DNA of 64,000 nt from Capsulimonadaceae bacterium (GTDB lineage: Bacteria > Armatimonadota > Armatimonadia > Armatimonadales > Capsulimonadaceae). The notes beneath the pieces were generated by a model. That model made no database searches and was not told the origin of the DNA. It saw only the letters and a program-made list of their open reading frames with translations. The DNA lies in contig OZ244065.1 in assembly GCA_965215505.1 (NCBI GenBank), positions 2,976,001 through 3,040,000 of the forward strand. Reading direction: 5' to 3'. Positions 58,940 through 64,000 of this stretch are shown piece by piece. Both the position numbers and the translations under genes were made by a program. The stretch's first letter is position 1, and every line of letters begins with the position of its first letter.

Positions 58940-60799
58940 TCAGAACGTGACGCCCTTGATTTCCGCGGCGATCCCGATGGTCCGGGTGCGGAAGTCGTAG
59001 GAGAAGACGGGGATGAAGCCGTTCAGAGCCGGGGCGACGGCGACCTGGTAGTCAATGACCCCGTGGCGCGAGAGGTCGTAGCGGACGCGGCCCGCCGTGA
59101 TGAGCTGCCCCCGGCCGATCTGGAGCCGCAGGTCTATCTCGCGCGTGGTATCCAGCACGTCGAAATTGAACGGCGAGTCACCGCCCGTATTGCTGGCGAG
59201 GAACTGGACGCCCACGGCCGTCAGGTCCGAGAAGTAGTGGTTGACGGCGACATCGAGCTGGTCATAGCGGTAGGCCTTCTTGCTGCCGCTGTAGCTGCTG
59301 CTGGAGATCAGGACGCGCGGCAGGAAGACGGTATTGGGGGCGACCAGGAGCGGGTAGGCGCTGAAGCCGAGCTGGGCGCGGGTGCGGCTGGCGTTGACGG
59401 CGGTCGGCTGTTCGTGGTATTCGCCGAACGTCTCCTGGGCCTCGGCGTAGAGAACCAAGTGGCGCAGGGCCGCCCGGAAAGCTTCCGGGTCGCCGTAAGT
59501 GGGCGGGGCGGGGAGGCGGGTCAGGGGGACATCGCCGCGCAGGGTCACTTCGGGCAGGCGGCTGACGTACAGATCGTCCCGCAGGCGGCCCGAGGCGGCG
59601 ACGTGGGAGGACACCTCCTCGGCCAGCCCCAGGCCGCCGCGCGCGGGGGCATCGAACAGGCGGATGGGGTTGCGCTCCGGCAGGAAGTCGTGGAACCGCA
59701 GCGGGTCGCCGTCGGGTAGGATCGGGGTCGGGGCGGTCGCGAAGGCGCGGAGCCGTTCCAGCGGCGTCTCCGTCCGGGCCGACCCGGCTGCCGGCGGTGC
59801 GGCGGGGGCGGGCGGTGCGTAGAGCGTCTGCTGGCTGGTGACGGCCGCTTCAGCCGACTGGCGCGTCGGCAGCAGCACGCGGTACTGGACCGGGGCACGC
59901 CCGACATGCAGGCCGCTCCCGAAGGCGAGGTAGGTGCCGTAGCGGGACGAGACGCCGACGGTCGGCAGCATCCCCGTCCGACGTGCGGCATCGCCTCCGC
60001 CCGCGCCCAGCCGGAACCCGATCCGGGGGACCGTCAGCAGCCGCGTCCCGAACAAATAAAGGGTGGCGTTCCGCAGGACGCCCTCGCGCTTCACCGAGTT
60101 CAGCCCGGCGGTCTGCTCCAGAGTGATGGACTGGGCGTGGAGGTGGAAATCGGCCTTGACGCCCGGCGGCACGGTGAAAACGTCGGCGTCGGTGGCGACG
60201 AGCCGTTCCGGCGTCCCGTCCGGCTGTTCCGGCTCCCTTTCAAGGCGCGCGCTGCGGACGGTGAAGATCTTCTGGTTGACCAGGGCATCCGTCGCCAGGG
60301 CCTCCTGGGTGTTCCCATTGAAGGTGACCTCTCCGGCGTGCAGGGTCGTGTCCGCCTCATGCAGACGGATGTGACCACTCAGGGTGTAGTCCCTGTGCCC
60401 CGCCCGCAGGTCGCCGTCCACTTGGTCGGCGTCGAGCGTGGCCTCGCCCCCGTAGACCGTGCGGAAGCCCGTGATGTGCGGGCGGCTGAGCGGGCCGGAG
60501 AGGGAGTCAAAGTTGGTGTCCGTCCCGGCCAGGCCGGGCGCAAGAGACGGGAAGGACGCGGGCGGCGTCGGCGCGGCGGGGGCCATCACGGACGGGGGCG
60601 CGGCGTTCGGGGCGGTATCGCCCGCATTCGGCATCTGGGCGAGGGCGGGGGCGGCGAGGAGGAGGAGGGCCGGGAGAAGGCCGGTGATTGGAACGCGGGC
60701 ATAGGAAGGAGGCAAGGCATAGGAAGGAGGCAAGGCATAGGAAGGAGGCAAGGCATAGGAAGGAGGGCGAACACAAGGTTCGCCCCTACGACGCGCCAT
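58940..60799 (-). CDS. LptD/OstA-like outer-membrane protein (start uncertain)
   Basis: Signal peptide LLPALLLLAAPALA; LDADQV, LSGHIRL, LRNATLYLFG; SRLPEV; terminal Phe. Confidence 0.65.
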   Translation of the reverse strand: MARRRGEPCVRPPSYALPPSYALPPSYALPPSYARVPITGLLPALLLLAAPALAQMPNAGDTAPNAAPPSVMAPAAPTPPASFPSLAPGLAGTDTNFDSLSGPLSRPHITGFRTVYGGEATLDADQVDGDLRAGHRDYTLSGHIRLHEADTTLHAGEVTFNGNTQEALATDALVNQKIFTVRSARLEREPEQPDGTPERLVATDADVFTVPPGVKADFHLHAQSITLEQTAGLNSVKREGVLRNATLYLFGTRLLTVPRIGFRLGAGGGDAARRTGMLPTVGVSSRYGTYLAFGSGLHVGRAPVQYRVLLPTRQSAEAAVTSQQTLYAPPAPAAPPAAGSARTETPLERLRAFATAPTPILPDGDPLRFHDFLPERNPIRLFDAPARGGLGLAEEVSSHVAASGRLRDDLYVSRLPEVTLRGDVPLTRLPAPPTYGDPEAFRAALRHLVLYAEAQETFGEYHEQPTAVNASRTRAQLGFSAYPLLVAPNTVFLPRVLISSSSYSGSKKAYRYDQLDVAVNHYFSDLTAVGVQFLASNTGGDSPFNFDVLDTTREIDLRLQIGRGQLITAGRVRYDLSRHGVIDYQVAVAPALNGFIPVFSYDFRTRTIGIAAEIKGVTF

Positions 60800-60828
60800 A
60801 CCCGTAGGGGCGAACCTTGTGCTCGCCC
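60698..60828. repeat. 18-bp tandem array abutting a GTAG REP doublet
   Basis: (GGCATAGGAAGGAGGCAA)x3 plus partial copy, then GGGCGAACACAAGGTTCGCCCCTAC...GTAGGGGCGAACCTTGTGCTCGCCC. Confidence 0.88.
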
Positions 60829-60851
60829 TTCCTTTCTTGCTCCCCCTTAAA

Positions 60852-62585
60852 TCACTTCCAGTCACTTGCATCGAACCCCACCACCGCCGCCGCCTTGCCG
60901 TAACTTCCCATGCTGTCGCGGAAGGCCTGGTCATCGTAGGTCCGCGACTGGACGACGACGGGCATGGGGACGGCATGGCCCATCAAGAGTGCCTGCTGCT
61001 TAGAGTCCAGTGAGGCCAGGACGCTCCGCAGGGACTGCGCGCCGGAGATGCCGGTCAGGACGGCCTCGATGTCCCGCTCGTCGTTCAGCAGGCAGGTGAT
61101 GCGCGTCCCGAGCTGCGACAGCACTTCGGAATCAATGCCCGAGGGCCGCTGGTCCACGACCAGAAGCGTGACGTTATACTTGCGAAGCTCGCGGGCGATG
61201 ATGCCGAACGTCGTCTGGTGGGCGAGGTGCGGGGACAGGAACTTGTGCGCCTCCTCGATGGTGATGACGAGCGGCGTCGGCTTCTTGCCCTTGTCGCCCA
61301 TGGCATCCTCGGTCAATTTGACGTACTCGCCGTGGATCTGGCGGGTCAGGATGTTGGCGACCAGCATGTACTGGAGCGGCTTGCGGTAGTTGCCGAACTC
61401 CAGCACGACGTTGACGTCTTTGAGCAGGCAGCCCATGATCTGGCGCACGGCGTCGTCCGCCTCGCCCGCGTCTTCCACCAGGAAGCCCTTGCACTCCTCC
61501 ACCATGCGGCCCAATTTGCGCTTCAAAGCGCCCAGGGACATGGCGTTCGCGCCGCTCTTCTCGGCGAACTCTTTGATCGCGTCGCCGTCCATTTTCAGCA
61601 GGGCGGCCAGCCACTTCTTGCCGTAGTGCTGCTCCAACAGGTAGGTGGTTTCGGCGGCACTCTGGTTCAGGTTCAGCTCATCGGCGAGCAGGATGATGTC
61701 GTCCACGCTGATCTGGCTGTAGGGGATGCGGACCTGGTTCTCGACCGGCACCTGGCGGCGGCGTGACGACTCCATGTCCATCGTGAAAACACTAACGCGG
61801 CTGCCGAAATACTTTTTCAGCCCGTCCACGCCCTCCCGGCTCGGGTCCTCGGTCGTCCCCTTCCAGCCGTATTCGCCGTGCATGTCGAAGACCAGATTTA
61901 CGGCCTTTTTGTGCTTGATCATGCCGCACAGGCAGATGCGGGTCAGGAACGTCTTGCCCGTGCCCGACTTGCCGAAGATGCCGTTAGAGCGCTCGACCAG
62001 CTTTTCCAGGTCTAAGCAGACCGGGATGTCGGCCATGTCCAGCGGCGTCCCGATATAGAAGTGCTTGCCGCCCTCGGACTCAGCCCCGAAAATGTCCGCG
62101 ATGTCCTCCTCGGTCGCTTCCCCCACCCCCGAGAAATGGGTCGGGACGGTCTTGACCGGCTCGAACTCGGCCCCGACGGTCTTGGTCCGCATCAGCAGCG
62201 GCTTCAAAGTTACTGTTCCGAACGTCGTCGTCCCGGCCAGGGCGGAGCGCAGGAGCGCATCGGCGGGGTCCCTGCCCACGGGTGGGTCGGCCAGGACACC
62301 GGGCGAGGAGCAGTCCAGAGTGACATCAGTAATCATGGCGAAGAACTCGTGCCGCGCGCCGTCCACGACGACGAACTTGCCGGCCCGGATGTCTTCCACC
62401 GAGCCGACCCCGGCCAGTTTCATCTGGATGCCCATCTGGAGCGAGCCGCGCACGACCGTCCCCATCGCCAGCCGCTCGCGCGGCGGCGTCAGCAGCGGCG
62501 GCAGGGCGTAGTGGAGCGAGCCGCCTGCCCCGCCATGCCCGTTCTTACCGCTGCCGCTGCCGTTCTTGCCGTTCCCTAATGCCAT
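60852..62585 (-). CDS. HerA/DUF87 helicase-like ATPase
   Basis: HAS-barrel-like N-terminus, GKSGTGKT, FDMHGEY, IEEAHKF, ARELRKY, VDQRPS. Confidence 0.88.
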   Translation of the reverse strand: MALGNGKNGSGSGKNGHGGAGGSLHYALPPLLTPPRERLAMGTVVRGSLQMGIQMKLAGVGSVEDIRAGKFVVVDGARHEFFAMITDVTLDCSSPGVLADPPVGRDPADALLRSALAGTTTFGTVTLKPLLMRTKTVGAEFEPVKTVPTHFSGVGEATEEDIADIFGAESEGGKHFYIGTPLDMADIPVCLDLEKLVERSNGIFGKSGTGKTFLTRICLCGMIKHKKAVNLVFDMHGEYGWKGTTEDPSREGVDGLKKYFGSRVSVFTMDMESSRRRQVPVENQVRIPYSQISVDDIILLADELNLNQSAAETTYLLEQHYGKKWLAALLKMDGDAIKEFAEKSGANAMSLGALKRKLGRMVEECKGFLVEDAGEADDAVRQIMGCLLKDVNVVLEFGNYRKPLQYMLVANILTRQIHGEYVKLTEDAMGDKGKKPTPLVITIEEAHKFLSPHLAHQTTFGIIARELRKYNVTLLVVDQRPSGIDSEVLSQLGTRITCLLNDERDIEAVLTGISGAQSLRSVLASLDSKQQALLMGHAVPMPVVVQSRTYDDQAFRDSMGSYGKAAAVVGFDASDWK

Positions 62586-62627
62586 ATCTCGCGCCCCGCC
62601 CCGTTTGTCCGTCAAGATGTTGTGTTC

Positions 62628-62657
62628 ATTATAACACACCGGGCGGGGCGGCGTCAA
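62628..62657 (-). promoter_or_regulatory. Sigma-70 promoter of herA
   Basis: TTGACG-18-TATAAT with upstream TG. Confidence 0.65.
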
Positions 62658-62659
62658 CA

Positions 62660-62693
62660 AAACGCCCCGGCTCCTTGATAGGAGCCGGGGCGC
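62660..62693 (-). terminator. Intrinsic terminator
   Basis: CGCCCCGGCTCCT...AGGAGCCGGGGCG with T tail on minus strand. Confidence 0.75.
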
Positions 62694-62720
62694 ATCACTG
62701 AACCGAGGACATCCCCGGCC

Positions 62721-63056
62721 TCACTGCTCCACGGACGGCGGCAGGCCGGTGGCCGGGAAAACGGCGGGGGTGCATTCGCGGGCGACCAGATTGTAATCGG
62801 AAACCGCCTCGGCCAGACCGCCGGGCCGCGTGTCCCGGCAGAGGGCGACCTGACGGGCCTGCGCCCGCAGGAAGACCGACAGGGTCTTGTCCAGGCGGGG
62901 ATCGGGGTCCTGGAGCGTCATGACCGTCCCCGTCACGGTGTCGGGGCGGAAGGAGGCCTGCGGGTGCCACAGGCAGAAGACCAAAGCACCCAGTCCCAAG
63001 AGCGGGACGCCTGAAACGGACAGAAAAGGCATCAGGCTGCCTCGTACAGCTTTCAT
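62721..63056 (-). CDS. Membrane-anchored hypothetical protein
   Basis: AAGGAG RBS, N-terminal TM segment. Confidence 0.6.
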   Translation of the reverse strand: MKAVRGSLMPFLSVSGVPLLGLGALVFCLWHPQASFRPDTVTGTVMTLQDPDPRLDKTLSVFLRAQARQVALCRDTRPGGLAEAVSDYNLVARECTPAVFPATGLPPSVEQ

Positions 63057-63210
63057 AGCTACACTCCTTGTTGGGACTACACTGTCCCGCGTTGCTCTCT
63101 TTACTCGTATCTCTACGGCGACAAAAAGCGGCCCCCCTACCGGCAGGGTGCCGCTGATTTGTTACCTTTAGTATACCCAGCCGCGGCGGATCTTAGTTCC
63201 GCGCTGCCGG

Positions 63211-63390
63211 TTAATGCGGCGCGTGTGTGCGCTCGGCTTCCTCGTTCACGCGCAGTGCCCCTGCGCTCATGGGAGCGACGGAGCAAAGGTAGACGCGGTC
63301 CCAGTCGCCCTGGGGGCCTTCGTTCAGGTAGCTCAGGAATCCGCGGAGGCGACCCAGCATCTGCTTAACATTCATCATTGTCAGGGCCAT
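63211..63390 (-). CDS. Small hypothetical protein
   Basis: ORF downstream of XRE gene, followed by terminator-like hairpin. Confidence 0.4.
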   Translation of the reverse strand: MALTMMNVKQMLGRLRGFLSYLNEGPQGDWDRVYLCSVAPMSAGALRVNEEAERTHAPH

Positions 63391-63426
63391 CTTGTTCACA
63401 CTTTCTTACACAGGAACGCCCGTGTC

Positions 63427-63831
63427 TTATTTGTCCGGTTCCGTGTCACCGCGCGTCGCCCGGATCAGGGCGCGGATCTGTTTGAGCAGCAGGGGCTGCC
63501 TGTCTTTGGGGATATGAGACAACTCGCGGGCGATCTGCGATGCCGCCTGCTGGACCGGGTCCATCTCGGGCGACTGCGGGCCGTCGAGAGTCTGGGCGAA
63601 GTCGTGCTTGCCCGCATATCGCAGCCACTCGGCCGGGGACTCGCCGATGGCACTGGCGAACTTGATTAAAGTCTTCTCGCCCGGCGATTTGCCCTTGACC
63701 ATGTCCGAGATCTGGTTATAGCCGATGTCCAGCTTCTCGCCCGCCGCCCGCGCCGAGAGCGGCTTGTCGGGTGCCCCCATCTCGGCGAGGACGCGCTGGG
63801 TCTGCTTTTGTAGTTCGTCGTTCTTCGCCAA
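63427..63831 (-). CDS. XRE/cI-like helix-turn-helix regulator
   Basis: LSARAAGEKLDIGYNQISDMVKGKSPGEKTLIKFASAIG..WLRYAG; GGAGG RBS before TTG. Confidence 0.8.
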   Translation of the reverse strand: MAKNDELQKQTQRVLAEMGAPDKPLSARAAGEKLDIGYNQISDMVKGKSPGEKTLIKFASAIGESPAEWLRYAGKHDFAQTLDGPQSPEMDPVQQAASQIARELSHIPKDRQPLLLKQIRALIRATRGDTEPDK

Positions 63832-63860
63832 CCGCGCCTCCGTCTTGCTGTAATGACATA

Positions 63861-63890
63861 GTTATACCACAACATTGACATCATTGTCAA
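63861..63890 (-). promoter_or_regulatory. Promoter with palindromic TTGACA-TCAT-TGTCAA
   Basis: Minus-strand TTGACA-18-TATAAC; the -35 lies inside an inverted repeat. Confidence 0.65.
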
Positions 63891-64000
63891 CAGTATTATT
63901 CGCGGAGTTCAAAACAAAAGCACCCCGGCTCTGTCTCCAGAGTAGGGGCGCTCCATCAGTCTCAGCCGGGGTGTCAGCGGCTCCAGTCCTCGAACTGCAC

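Noticed and set aside
60852-62585. HerA as part of a Sir2-HerA or HerA-NurA system
   Set aside because: No nuclease or sirtuin partner adjacent; it has its own promoter and resembles housekeeping-type HerA

Overview
GC-rich bacterial chromosomal window. Two DUF1559/prepilin 'H-X9-DG' genes, a PEP-CTERM gene and many apparently leaderless promoters fit an Armatimonadota-like organism (inference). Most of it is housekeeping or envelope function: mlaEFD, pyrE, an osmoprotectant ABC transporter, PBP1A and mrdA, an mhq/WrbA/DoxX quinone-stress cluster, glmS, dnaN, gnd and zwf, herA and an LptD-like gene. Small accessory modules are interspersed: YhcG nuclease, an N6-adenine methyltransferase next to a DUF429 RNase-H-fold gene, two ABC/AAA-ATPase + Toprim-like modules (one decayed), a nonsense-split Rpn/DUF4351 gene and an XRE repressor at the right edge. 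Three observations stand out. (1) An ECF sigma/anti-sigma locus has two neighbouring secreted Lys(/Met)-rich peptide genes that share an identically spaced GGAACTTTTC-N12-CGCT promoter motif. (2) There is a layered system of palindromic repeats: two REPIN-like families, nested GTAG-type REPs, and tandem arrays abutting one side of the REPs; some have become part of coding sequence. (3) Several 'hollowed-out' genes appear to keep only their two ends. No rRNA, tRNA, CRISPR array or intact IS transposase was recognised. Family names come from motif recognition, not database searches.
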